Below are positions 29,896-39,228 of a stretch of DNA of 64,000 nt, in pieces. Numbering within the stretch: position 1 is the stretch's first letter; every line of letters begins with the position of its first letter. The notes under the pieces were generated by a model. It was not told the DNA's origin. It did not search any database and saw only the letters and a list, made by a program, of their open reading frames with translations. Both the position numbers and the translations under genes were made by a program. Source of the stretch: a bacterium (GTDB lineage Bacteria; UBA8248); contig OZ242260.1 in the NCBI GenBank assembly GCA_965207065.1, forward strand, positions 4,224,001-4,288,000. The letters run 5' to 3'.

Positions 29896-32772
29896 ATGAG
29901 CACAAGTCATCTACAAGTCGGCAAGGGCGCACGCGACATCGCCTCACTGGGCCGCCCCGATCTGCTGGCCAAGGCGCCGCCCACGGCGCCTGCGGGTCAA
30001 CTCAACTACACGAACACGAACGGCGCTCTCACCTCCTACCCGAGCCCGGACCAATGGGACAACTGGACGGAATACGAGAGCACCAAATGGCCGCAGAAGG
30101 TGGCGAGAAACTACGCGCTGGTCCCGACTCTCTGCTTCAACTGCGAGGCGGGCTGCGGACTCCTGGCCTACGTCGACAAGGACGACATGAAGATCCGGAA
30201 AATCGAGGGAAACCCGCTCCACCCCGCCTCGCGCGGACGCAACTGCGCGAAGGGATGGGTGACGCTCAACCAGGTCTACGACCCCGACCGCATCTTCTAT
30301 CCCCTGAAGCGCGTGGGCGAGCGCGGCGAGGGCAATTGGGAGCGCGTGAGCTGGGACGAGGCGCTCGACGACATCGCCGGCCGCATCAGAGAGGCGATCC
30401 TGGCGGAGCGGCGAAACGGCGTCATCTACCACGTGGGACGCCCTGGCGAGGACGGCTACATGTTCAAGACGCTCGCCGGCTGGGGCGTGGACGGCCACAA
30501 CAGCCACACCAACGTGTGCAGCTCCTCCGCCCGCATCGGCCAGTTCCTCTGGAACGGGTCGGACAGGCCCTCGCCCGATTTCACGAACGCAGACGCCATC
30601 CTGCTCATCAGCAGCCACCTCGACACGGGCCACTACTACAACCCCTCGGCCCAGCGCATCATCGAGGCGCAGACGAGCGGGGCCAAGCTCATCGTGATTG
30701 ACCCCAGGCTCTCCAACACGGCGGCGAAGGCCGACTACTGGCTGCCCGCCTACAGCGGCACCGAGAGCGCGATTCTGCTCGCCATCGCGCGCTACCTGCT
30801 CGATACCGGGCAGTTCGACGCGCAGTTCGTCGAGGAGTGGATGAACTGGACGGAATACATGCGGACCGTTCATCCCGACGAGGAGGCGAGCTTCGAGAAC
30901 TTCGTCGAGAAACTGAAACAAGAATACGCGGAGTTCACCTTCGAGTACGCGGCGGAGGAGACGGGCGTATCCGTTGACCTGATCGCCGAAGTCGCCCAGG
31001 TCGTCGCCCGCGCCGGCAGCCGCCTTTGCGTCCACGTCTGGCGCGCGGCCGCCACAGGCAACCTGCACGGCTGGCAGGTGGCGCGGTGTCTGCACTTCCT
31101 GCCGTCGCTTACGGGCGCGGTGGGCACGGTGGGCGGAACCCACCTGGCGAACACGCACAAGTTCGTGCCCAAACACCCCAACCCCGCTCCGGGACCCAAA
31201 GACTGGAACGAGCTTCTCTTCCCCCGGGAATACCCCCTCGCCTTCTTCGAGATGAGCTTCCTGATGCCCCATCTCATGAAGGACAAGGGCCACAGCGTCG
31301 ACGTCTACTTCACGCGGGTCTACAACCCGGTGTGGACGAACCCCGACGGCTTCATGTGGGTGGACATGCTCAAGGACCACGACAAGATTGGCTGCCACGT
31401 GGCGCTCACCCCCACCTGGAGCGAGACGGCGTGGTTCGCGGACTACATTCTGCCCATGGGCAACGCGACGGAGCGCCACGACAACCAGAGCCAGGAGACG
31501 CACCCCACGAAATGGGTGGGCTTCCGCCAGCCGGTGCTTCGAGCGCTGCGCGAAAAAATGGGCGAGACGTTCGAGACCTCCCGCGAGACGAACCCCGGCG
31601 AGGTGTGGGAAGAGGACGAGCTACACATCGAACTCTCCTGGCGCATCGACCCCGACGGTTCGCTCGGCATCCGGCAGTATTTCGAGAGTCCCTACAGGCC
31701 GGGCGAGAAGATAACGGTGAACGAGTATTACCAGTGGATGTTCGAGAACGGCGTCCCGGGCCTGCCCGAGGCCGCCGAGAAGGAAGGCATGACGCCGCTC
31801 GAATACATGCGTAAATACGGCGTCTTCGCCGTGCAGGAAAACGTGTACGAACCCCACATGCACGAGCTGTCGGACGAAGCGATGCACGACGCCCACGTGG
31901 ATGAGGCGACGGGCTCGGTCTGGAAAGACGGCGCGCTCATCGGCAACATGAGCCGGGGAAGAGCGAGAGAGGGCTTCCACACGCCGTCCAAGAAACTCGA
32001 GTTCTACAGCCCGACCATGGCGGCCTGGAACTGGGGCGATGAGGCCATCCCCAAGTACATGAAGACCCACGTCTACTGGCGCGACATGAATCGGGATGAC
32101 AACGAGTTCGACCTGCTGCCGAACTATCGCCTCGCCACCCTCATCCATACGCGCTCGGCCGTGAAATGGCTCTACGAGATCACCCACAACAACCCGCTGT
32201 GGCTCCACACCGACGACGCCAAGCGACTCGGGCTGAACACGGGCGACCTGGCGAAGGTCGAGACCGGGATTGGCCATTTCGTCACGAGATGCTGGGTGAC
32301 GGAGGGACTGAGGCCGGGCATCGTCGCCATGGCGCATCACCTGGGCCGCTGGCGCCTGAGCGAAGATCAGGGCGCGCCCAAGATCGCCTCCGCCGTCGTT
32401 CGCCTCGACGAGAAGAATGATGGGGAATACACCATGCGTCAGGTGCACGGCGTCCAGCCCTTCAAGAGCGACGACCCGGACACGGAGCGCATATGGTGGC
32501 GCGAGGTGGGCGTGAACCAGAACCTCACTTTCCCGGTCAACCCCGACCCGGTGAGCGGGATGCACTGCTGGCACCAGAAGGTGCGGGTGACGAAGGCGGG
32601 GGCGGCGGATCGCTACGGCGACATCAGCGTCGACACGAAGAAGAGTTTCGAGCACTACAAGCAGTGGCTCGAGATGACAAAGCCGGCCCCCGGCCCCGAC
32701 AACCTCAGGCGCCCGCTGTGGTTCGCCCGGCCCAACAAGCCCCAGGCCGAGGCCTACACCATTACCGAATGA
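29896..32772 (+). CDS. Mo-bis-PGD oxidoreductase catalytic subunit (Psr/Phs/Arr/Ttr-like), no Tat signal
   Basis: 958 aa; CFNCEAGC...NCAKG FS0 motif, VSWDEAL, SHTNVCSS Cys-ligand region. Confidence 0.9.
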   Translation: MSTSHLQVGKGARDIASLGRPDLLAKAPPTAPAGQLNYTNTNGALTSYPSPDQWDNWTEYESTKWPQKVARNYALVPTLCFNCEAGCGLLAYVDKDDMKIRKIEGNPLHPASRGRNCAKGWVTLNQVYDPDRIFYPLKRVGERGEGNWERVSWDEALDDIAGRIREAILAERRNGVIYHVGRPGEDGYMFKTLAGWGVDGHNSHTNVCSSSARIGQFLWNGSDRPSPDFTNADAILLISSHLDTGHYYNPSAQRIIEAQTSGAKLIVIDPRLSNTAAKADYWLPAYSGTESAILLAIARYLLDTGQFDAQFVEEWMNWTEYMRTVHPDEEASFENFVEKLKQEYAEFTFEYAAEETGVSVDLIAEVAQVVARAGSRLCVHVWRAAATGNLHGWQVARCLHFLPSLTGAVGTVGGTHLANTHKFVPKHPNPAPGPKDWNELLFPREYPLAFFEMSFLMPHLMKDKGHSVDVYFTRVYNPVWTNPDGFMWVDMLKDHDKIGCHVALTPTWSETAWFADYILPMGNATERHDNQSQETHPTKWVGFRQPVLRALREKMGETFETSRETNPGEVWEEDELHIELSWRIDPDGSLGIRQYFESPYRPGEKITVNEYYQWMFENGVPGLPEAAEKEGMTPLEYMRKYGVFAVQENVYEPHMHELSDEAMHDAHVDEATGSVWKDGALIGNMSRGRAREGFHTPSKKLEFYSPTMAAWNWGDEAIPKYMKTHVYWRDMNRDDNEFDLLPNYRLATLIHTRSAVKWLYEITHNNPLWLHTDDAKRLGLNTGDLAKVETGIGHFVTRCWVTEGLRPGIVAMAHHLGRWRLSEDQGAPKIASAVVRLDEKNDGEYTMRQVHGVQPFKSDDPDTERIWWREVGVNQNLTFPVNPDPVSGMHCWHQKVRVTKAGAADRYGDISVDTKKSFEHYKQWLEMTKPAPGPDNLRRPLWFARPNKPQAEAYTITE

Positions 32773-33407
32773 GCCTTCGCTGGAAGCGCCGCGCCTCACA
32801 CGCTGAATACGCCGAGCAGGCGAGGCTCCGCGCGCAACTCTACCGGGTACAGGCGCGGGCGATGCTCGACCCGCTCGACGCGGAACTCGCAGGCTTCCTG
32901 CGCGAGAACTACCCGTTCCTCTTTCCCGAAAAATTCGAGGTCACCGAAGAGGCCCTACAGAAACTGAGGGTCGATTTCACGAACCTGTTCGTGCTCTCCT
33001 CCCCTCCCTACGAAGCCGCCCTGATGGATGAGAGCGGGCACCTGAACTCGAAGCGGACGGATGCGGTCGCCGATTTCTACCGCGCCTGCGGCTACAACCC
33101 CGGGCGTGGAAGCGCCGCTCTCTCCCAGTCCAGCGTGCTGGCGGTGGATCACCTGAGTGTGGAACTCGAATTCCTGGCCCGCCTCGCCACGGAAGAAGCG
33201 GACGCCTGGGAGGAGGGCGACGCCGACCTCGCGCGGGAGAAACTGGGTTTGTGCGCGCGGTTCATGGATGAGCACCTCATGGGCTGGATGCCCGTTTACA
33301 CTTCGAGCATGGAAGAGGACGCGGAAACACACCTCTACCGCGCACTCGCCGGATGGATACGCGAATTCGCCTTCTCGGACAGGAAATACATCGCAGGGAT
33401 ACTTTAG
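32769..33407 (+). CDS. TorD/DmsD family chaperone
   Basis: PPYE, DHLSVELEFL and HL..W motifs; ATGA overlap with upstream gene. Confidence 0.88.
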   Translation: MSLRWKRRASHAEYAEQARLRAQLYRVQARAMLDPLDAELAGFLRENYPFLFPEKFEVTEEALQKLRVDFTNLFVLSSPPYEAALMDESGHLNSKRTDAVADFYRACGYNPGRGSAALSQSSVLAVDHLSVELEFLARLATEEADAWEEGDADLAREKLGLCARFMDEHLMGWMPVYTSSMEEDAETHLYRALAGWIREFAFSDRKYIAGIL

Positions 33408-33427
33408 GAGAGGGGAGGCGATTCCTG

Positions 33428-33820
33428 CTACGGGGCTTCCTCTTTCATGGCGCTCGCCCACTTCTGGGCCTGCGTGAGGTGGCGTCTTAATTCCCGCGTC
33501 TTTTTGCTCCAGTCGCGCCATGCGGCCCTGGACGGCGGGCACGCCTTCGACCAGGCGCGGTACCGGGCGAGGTTCTCTTCCGCCACCCCGTCGATGCGAG
33601 CGAGCAGTTCCTGAACCCGGCCGTCCGAACCCGCCTCGCGGAAAAGATTCTCCAGCATTCTGGCCCGGTTCTGGACACCCGCGCGCAGACCCATCTCCCC
33701 TGCAAGCGCGCGGATGCGGCTCCTCGTCAGGAAAATACCCGAGCGGGCGGGCGTCACCAGAAATTCCGCCAACTCGTGCAGGTTCCCGCCCTCGAATGTT
33801 CGCGTGATGTCGGAACTCAT
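33428..33820 (-). CDS. Hypothetical protein
   Basis: 130-aa ORF with genome-like codon usage, convergent with the TorD-like gene. Confidence 0.55.
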   Translation of the reverse strand: MSSDITRTFEGGNLHELAEFLVTPARSGIFLTRSRIRALAGEMGLRAGVQNRARMLENLFREAGSDGRVQELLARIDGVAEENLARYRAWSKACPPSRAAWRDWSKKTRELRRHLTQAQKWASAMKEEAP

Positions 33821-33894
33821 AACGCGTCCATATTACGCCAAAACGGACCGGATGACACCGCCCGAAAGGCTCAGGCGCGAATCCGGCGGCCAAA

Positions 33895-34356
33895 GGGGGT
33901 GTTTGAAAAAGCCCGTGCGGATCGGGATGAACAACTCCCCGCTTGAGGGGTTGTAAATAAAGCCCCCCTAACAGGGTAAAGGCAACCCTCTTGAAGGGGA
34001 AACCCCATAAAAGCAACCCCCCCTACCCCCCCTTGTCAGGGGTCAATTCCGACCGAGGAGGGAGGAATTGCAAGCCGATGCGTTTCCCGCCAATGGCTTC
34101 TGCAAACGCTCGTTCCTCACTCGCGTTTGACCCCTGACAAGGGGGGGTAGGGGGGGTTGCTTCTGACGAGGAGAATCGGGGGTTTGTGCGAAAGCGGCCT
34201 TCCCGCTAGAGGTGATGCCCCCCGACAAGGACTTTTTCAACAACCCCTTCTTTAGAGGGAACGATTTCTCCTGAAGGTCCGTAGGGACAGGCCCCCGTGC
34301 CTGTCCTATATCGGAGTGAATATGACCGACGGGCGGCCACAGAGGGCCGCCCCTAC
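33895..34356. mobile_element. Nested MITE/REP cluster F
   Basis: GGGGGTGTTTGAAAAAG start, TTTTTCAACAACCCC end at 34247, perfect 36-bp-arm palindrome 34011-34162, GTAG REP pair 34281-34356. Confidence 0.8.
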
Positions 34357-34646
34357 GGTGGAATCCCAACCGATCCGCAAGGAGGGAATGGTTCATTTCA
34401 CTTTCGTGGCTTATGCAATCGCTCCCTTCTCGGTCGCGATTGACCTCCCAAAACGCAAAATATTCTTTCGCAAGCGCCTATTGTCGGAATTTCGGCATCC
34501 GCACCCGGTTCGTTTATGGCAGGCCGGGCTTCTTCGTGCTATGAGGAAGAAAAGAGTGAAGCCCGCGTCGGGGCGGCATGATGAATTTTGCCCCCGGGCG
34601 GGTGAGCCACCGAATTCCTGTTTTCGCGATATGGTGATTCCGCCTC

Positions 34647-35474
34647 ATGGACGAGCCTGTTTCTCTGGAAGAAAACGCCGATTTCGCCGTCATCCTCGTA
34701 CGCCCGGGGGGTGCGGGCAACGTGGGCGCCATCGCGCGCGTCATGTCGCACTTCGGCCTGTCGGACTTGCGCCTCGTCGCGCCGCGGTGCGACGTCAAGA
34801 GCGTGGAGGCGCGCTCCATGGCCATGAAAGCGCAGCCCCTGCTGGCGGGCGCGAAGCATTTCGCCAGCCTGCGCGAAGCCTCGCACGATTGCGGCTGGCT
34901 GGTGGGGACGTCGAGGCGCCTTGGCAGGAAACGGCAGCCCACCATGCGCCCGAGAGAGGATGCGGGCGCACTGCTCGCGCGCGCATCGGGCATGAAAGTC
35001 GGGCTGGTGTTCGGGCAGGAGGACAAGGGCCTGTTCACCGAAGAGTTGAGCCTGTGCCAGGAGAGGCTCCTCATCCCGGCGCTCCCCGACGGCGAGTCGT
35101 TCAACCTCTCCCAGGCCGTGCTGATCATTTTGTGGGAGTTGTTCTGCCAGAACCAGGAGATCGCCCGGCCCGGAGTCGGCGATGCGAAGCGCGAGCGCGC
35201 GAATGAACTTGAACCCGCATCGCGCGAGGAAATCGAGGGCCTGGTGGATCACCTCATCGAATCCATGGAGCAGATCGGCTTCGTCCCCCACAACGACCCG
35301 GATCGCGTGGCCCGGACCTTCCGGAAGATGCTCGACAGGCTGGGGCCGGACGAGAGAGAGGTCCGCGTGTTGCGGGGCGTGCTGCGGCAGGCGATCTGGA
35401 AACTCTTTCATCCGGGCGAAAAAGACGAGCCGCAAGAGTCCGCCGTTTCGTCCCGCCCGGTTGAAGAAGACTGA
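34647..35474 (+). CDS. trmJ: SPOUT RNA methyltransferase, TrmJ/LasT family
   Basis: GNVGAIARVM..FG, LVFGQEDKGL and SFNLSQAV motifs. Confidence 0.85.
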   Translation: MDEPVSLEENADFAVILVRPGGAGNVGAIARVMSHFGLSDLRLVAPRCDVKSVEARSMAMKAQPLLAGAKHFASLREASHDCGWLVGTSRRLGRKRQPTMRPREDAGALLARASGMKVGLVFGQEDKGLFTEELSLCQERLLIPALPDGESFNLSQAVLIILWELFCQNQEIARPGVGDAKRERANELEPASREEIEGLVDHLIESMEQIGFVPHNDPDRVARTFRKMLDRLGPDEREVRVLRGVLRQAIWKLFHPGEKDEPQESAVSSRPVEED

Positions 35475-35510
35475 TTTCGGGCATCGTTCCGAAGGCAACC
35501 TGCGCAGAGC

Positions 35511-36551
35511 GTGAAACGCATGAAACTCGATGACTTCGACTACCACCTGCCCCGAAACCTCATCGCCCGATATCCGCCGCCGAACCGGGAAGACGCGAGG
35601 ATGCTCCATCTCTCAAGAGAGGGTGATGCGCTCGCGCACCTTCAGGTCATCGACCTGCCGCGTTACTTAAGTCCGGGGGATCTGGTCGTCATCAACGACA
35701 CGAAGGTCAACCCGTGGCGGATTCACGGCAGGCGCAAGAGCGGGGGCCGGGTGGAGATCCTGCTGCTCAAACAGCTCTCCCCCGGAAAATTCCGCGCCAT
35801 GGCGCACGCCAACCGCCCCCTGCCCGAAGGGGAAGAAATCGTTTTCGACGATGCGCACCGCGCCACGCTCGGGCCCCAAGGTCTGGAAAGGGAACTCGAA
35901 TTCGCGTCGCCTGATGGTCTCGCCGAATGGCTGGAATCTTTCGGGGAGATGCCGATACCGCCCTATCTGGAGCGGTGCGCCGAGGAGATCGACAAGGAGC
36001 GCTACCAGACCGTGTTCGCCCGAAACCCGGGCGCCGTCGCCGCGCCCACGGCGGGGCTGCACCTGAGCGAAACGATGCTCGAAGACATATCGGCCGCCGG
36101 CGCGCGCATCGCCAGGCTGACCCTCCACGTGGGAGCCGGGACGTTCCGGCCCGTTCAGACGGAAAACGTCGAAGAACACAAAATGGACGCGGAAAGCTAT
36201 ATTCTTAATGATGAGGCCGTCGCCACCATCCACGATACCAGAGCGGGCGGCGGGCGCATTCTGGCCGTGGGCACGACGGTGGTCCGGGCGCTGGAGGCCG
36301 CATACATCGAGGCGGCGGCCCGTGGCCGGACGCTGCAGGCGGGAGAGTTCAGCACCCGCCTGTTCATCCGGCCGGGTTTTCGGTTTCAAGCCGTGGATAT
36401 GATGCTGACGAATTTTCACCTGCCGCGCTCGACCCTGCTCATGCTCGTGTCGGCGTTCGCGGGCAGGGAGAAAATCCTGAGCGCATACGCGCAGGCGATT
36501 GAAGCGGGATACCGATTCTACAGCTACGGGGACGCCATGCTGATAGACTAG
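35511..36551 (+). CDS. queA: S-adenosylmethionine:tRNA ribosyltransferase-isomerase
   Basis: DFDYHLP, YQTVFA, AAPTAGLH, TNFHLPRSTL, YRFYSYGDAM. Confidence 0.97.
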   Translation: MKRMKLDDFDYHLPRNLIARYPPPNREDARMLHLSREGDALAHLQVIDLPRYLSPGDLVVINDTKVNPWRIHGRRKSGGRVEILLLKQLSPGKFRAMAHANRPLPEGEEIVFDDAHRATLGPQGLERELEFASPDGLAEWLESFGEMPIPPYLERCAEEIDKERYQTVFARNPGAVAAPTAGLHLSETMLEDISAAGARIARLTLHVGAGTFRPVQTENVEEHKMDAESYILNDEAVATIHDTRAGGGRILAVGTTVVRALEAAYIEAAARGRTLQAGEFSTRLFIRPGFRFQAVDMMLTNFHLPRSTLLMLVSAFAGREKILSAYAQAIEAGYRFYSYGDAMLID

Positions 36552-36572
36552 GCGAACGGGAGATTCACCGGT

Positions 36573-36866
36573 TCAGTGAAATTTCACCTCGGCGCCGTTC
36601 ACCGCATCCTTGAAGTGCTTGCCCGCCTTGAAGCGCACGACGCGGCGCGCGCTGATGGGCGCTTCCTGACCCGTCTTGGGGTTGCGCCCCACGCGGGCGT
36701 TCTTTTCTCTCACCTGAAATGAACCGAAGCGCCTCAGAATGACGGAATCACCACTTTGGAGGGATTCCTTGATGGTGTGGATAATCGTCTCGACTGCTTC
36801 TTCCGCTTTTACTTTACTGAGACCCGTATCGTCCGATACGAGGTTGATGATGTCGATTTTCGTCAA
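36573..36866 (-). CDS. HU/IHF family DNA-binding protein
   Basis: FGSF and GRNPKTG motifs; TTG start after GGAG. Confidence 0.93.
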   Translation of the reverse strand: MTKIDIINLVSDDTGLSKVKAEEAVETIIHTIKESLQSGDSVILRRFGSFQVREKNARVGRNPKTGQEAPISARRVVRFKAGKHFKDAVNGAEVKFH

Positions 36867-37067
36867 AGGACTCCCCCCTTCTTGCCCAGACTTACCCACA
36901 ACTCCGCCCTCGTACAGGGGGCAAAGCCGGGGTGGAAAATTCTTTGATTCCCTATGCAACGTTTATCAAAAATCCGTGTAACCTCTTGAGTTCAATCAAG
37001 TTTACCACTAGCCTTGCAGGGGAGCAACTACTTAAAAATCAATTAGAAACCCGAAAGGTCAAAAAAC

Positions 37068-38219
37068 ATGAAGGAATTTTCCGTCCCGTCGCGCATCTCG
37101 GACATCAAGCCTTTCCTGGTGATGGACATCATGGAGCGCGCCCATCAACTGGAGGCCCAGGGCCGCGAGGTGATCCACCTGGAAGTGGGAGAGCCCGATT
37201 TCGACACGCCCGAAGTCATCATCCGCGCCGCCGAGAGCGCCCTGCGCGCAGGCCACACCCACTACACGGCGGCGCTGGGCATTCCCGAGCTGCGCGAGGC
37301 GATAGCGGATTATTACAACCACAAATACGGCGTATCCGTATCGCCCGAACGCGTGGTCGTGACGAACGGCACGAGCCCGGGCCTGTTGATGCTCTTCTCC
37401 GTTCTGGTCGATGCGGGCGATGAGATCATCATTTCAGACCCCCACTACGCCTGCTACCCCGCTTTCATCCTCTCCGCCTGCGGGAAACCGGTGCGTGTCC
37501 CCACCCATGCGGAGAAAGGCTTCGCGCTCGAGGCCGATGCCGTCCGCGAATACATCACCCCGAAAACGAGGGCCGTCCTCATCAACTCGCCCTCGAACCC
37601 CACGGGCGCTTCGCTTTCGCGCCGGGACATGGAGGCGCTCGCCGAACTGGGAAAACCCCTCATTTCGGACGAGATTTACCACGGACTCAGCTACGAGGAT
37701 GAGGAGCACACGGCGCTCCACTTTGCGGAGGATTGTTTCGTCATCAACGGTTTTTCAAAGTATTTCGCCATGACGGGCTGGCGGGTCGGCTATCTCATCG
37801 CGCCGCCCGAATACGTCCGCCCGCTGGAGATACTGCAGCAAAACTATTTCGTCTCGCCCAATTCCTTCGTCCAGCACGCGGCGATAGCCGCCCTCAAAGA
37901 CGGCCTGCCCGAAGCGGAGCGCATGCGCGGGGTTTATGACGAAAGACGAAAAATCATGCTCGCGCGCCTCGAGGATATCGGCCTGAAAATGCTTCATGAG
38001 CCGACTGGCGCGTTCTACGCCTTCGCCGACGCGCGCGCCTATGGGACGGACAGCCTGGAACTGGCAAAGGAAATTCTGGAGGCCACCGGCGTGGCCGTGG
38101 CGCCGGGAGCGGATTTCGGACCCGGCGGGGAAGGGTTCCTGCGGTTCTCCTACTGCAACTCGGTCGAAAACATCGAAGCCGGAATCGAAAGAGTGGGGGC
38201 GTTCCTCAGGAAGCAATAA
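37068..38219 (+). CDS. PLP-dependent class I/II aminotransferase
   Basis: GEPDF, NSPSNPTG, SDEIY and FSKYFAMTGWRVG motifs. Confidence 0.95.
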   Translation: MKEFSVPSRISDIKPFLVMDIMERAHQLEAQGREVIHLEVGEPDFDTPEVIIRAAESALRAGHTHYTAALGIPELREAIADYYNHKYGVSVSPERVVVTNGTSPGLLMLFSVLVDAGDEIIISDPHYACYPAFILSACGKPVRVPTHAEKGFALEADAVREYITPKTRAVLINSPSNPTGASLSRRDMEALAELGKPLISDEIYHGLSYEDEEHTALHFAEDCFVINGFSKYFAMTGWRVGYLIAPPEYVRPLEILQQNYFVSPNSFVQHAAIAALKDGLPEAERMRGVYDERRKIMLARLEDIGLKMLHEPTGAFYAFADARAYGTDSLELAKEILEATGVAVAPGADFGPGGEGFLRFSYCNSVENIEAGIERVGAFLRKQ

Positions 38220-38249
38220 AAAACCGCTGCCCGGTGAACGGGGCAGCGG
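38218..38249 (-). terminator. Intrinsic terminator between convergent aminotransferase and rpoZ genes
   Basis: A-run followed by CCGCTGCCC...GGGCAGCGG hairpin. Confidence 0.6.
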
Positions 38250-38272
38250 CCGGCTTGCGCTTTCAAGCGATA

Positions 38273-38548
38273 CTACGCCTCGTCGTCGAACCCGACATCC
38301 ATGAATCCCTGGTCAATATCGGTCAAATCCATGGCCGACGCTGTCTTTCGCCACTCCAGTTTTTCTTCGATGATTTCGCGAAACACGATCTGCTCGGGCG
38401 TCTCGTGGGACTGTGAGGGAACCAGAGGCTCCGCACCCCGCCTGAGTTGGGCCACCCGCTTGGCGAGCAGCACCGAAAGCAAGAAACGATTCTTGACGAT
38501 ACCGAGCGCTTCTTCGAACATCTCGTCATAAGACGTAGACACGGTCAT
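38273..38548 (-). CDS. rpoZ: RNA polymerase omega subunit
   Basis: NRFLL..L.AKR..QL..GA.PLV motif. Confidence 0.85.
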   Translation of the reverse strand: MTVSTSYDEMFEEALGIVKNRFLLSVLLAKRVAQLRRGAEPLVPSQSHETPEQIVFREIIEEKLEWRKTASAMDLTDIDQGFMDVGFDDEA

Positions 38549-38628
38549 GTAATCTCCCGCAAGAGGTAATTAAAAAGGACCATTGGGGATGACGCGCATC
38601 AGACCGGCGCCTCGCCGATCCTTCGGAC

Positions 38629-39159
38629 CTAACCGAACCCAACCTCCCGAACATATATCATTTGCAAATCAGAGTGAACCTGATTCAAAAGCTGTTCCTC
38701 TTCCTCAGAAAGATTGCCTTGCATCTTCTCCTTGAGAACGCCGAACAAATCTACGAATAGTTTCGAGCTACGCGGGTCCGCCGCTCCGATGCGCTCCCCC
38801 GTCTGGGGATGAATGCCCATCGCCGCCAGGGTGTTTTGCTGCACGATGGCGATGAGCATCTCGAAACTCCTGTCTTCCTCCTCTTCCTCGTCCGCCTCAT
38901 CACCCTCAGGCTGCGCTCTTTCCTCGGCTTCGGGCTGCGGAACTTCCGGAGCCCGGGGTGGAACCGGTTCGGCTTCCATCGGCTCGGGTTCCGGGGAAAA
39001 CGCGCCGGTTTGCGGACTCATCTCTTCATCGGCCGCTCCCGGAGAGATTACCTGTCCTTCACCTCCCGAAGGGGGCGTTTCTTCATCCTCATATCCCCTC
39101 ACGGAGAATCTCCGGTCGGAAACCTTGAACCCCTTTTCTTCCACGTTTTCTTCTTCCAT
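38629..39159 (-). CDS. DUF1844-like protein
   Basis: GFKVSDRR N-terminus, acidic linker, L.EK..GNL..EE..LL C-terminal motif. Confidence 0.75.
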   Translation of the reverse strand: MEEENVEEKGFKVSDRRFSVRGYEDEETPPSGGEGQVISPGAADEEMSPQTGAFSPEPEPMEAEPVPPRAPEVPQPEAEERAQPEGDEADEEEEEDRSFEMLIAIVQQNTLAAMGIHPQTGERIGAADPRSSKLFVDLFGVLKEKMQGNLSEEEEQLLNQVHSDLQMIYVREVGFG

Positions 39160-39228
39160 CGCTTACCCTCCGGCGTCCGGTGCCGGGGCTATCGGACCCC
39201 GCCTCTTTTCATTTGCCTGAATGTGCGC

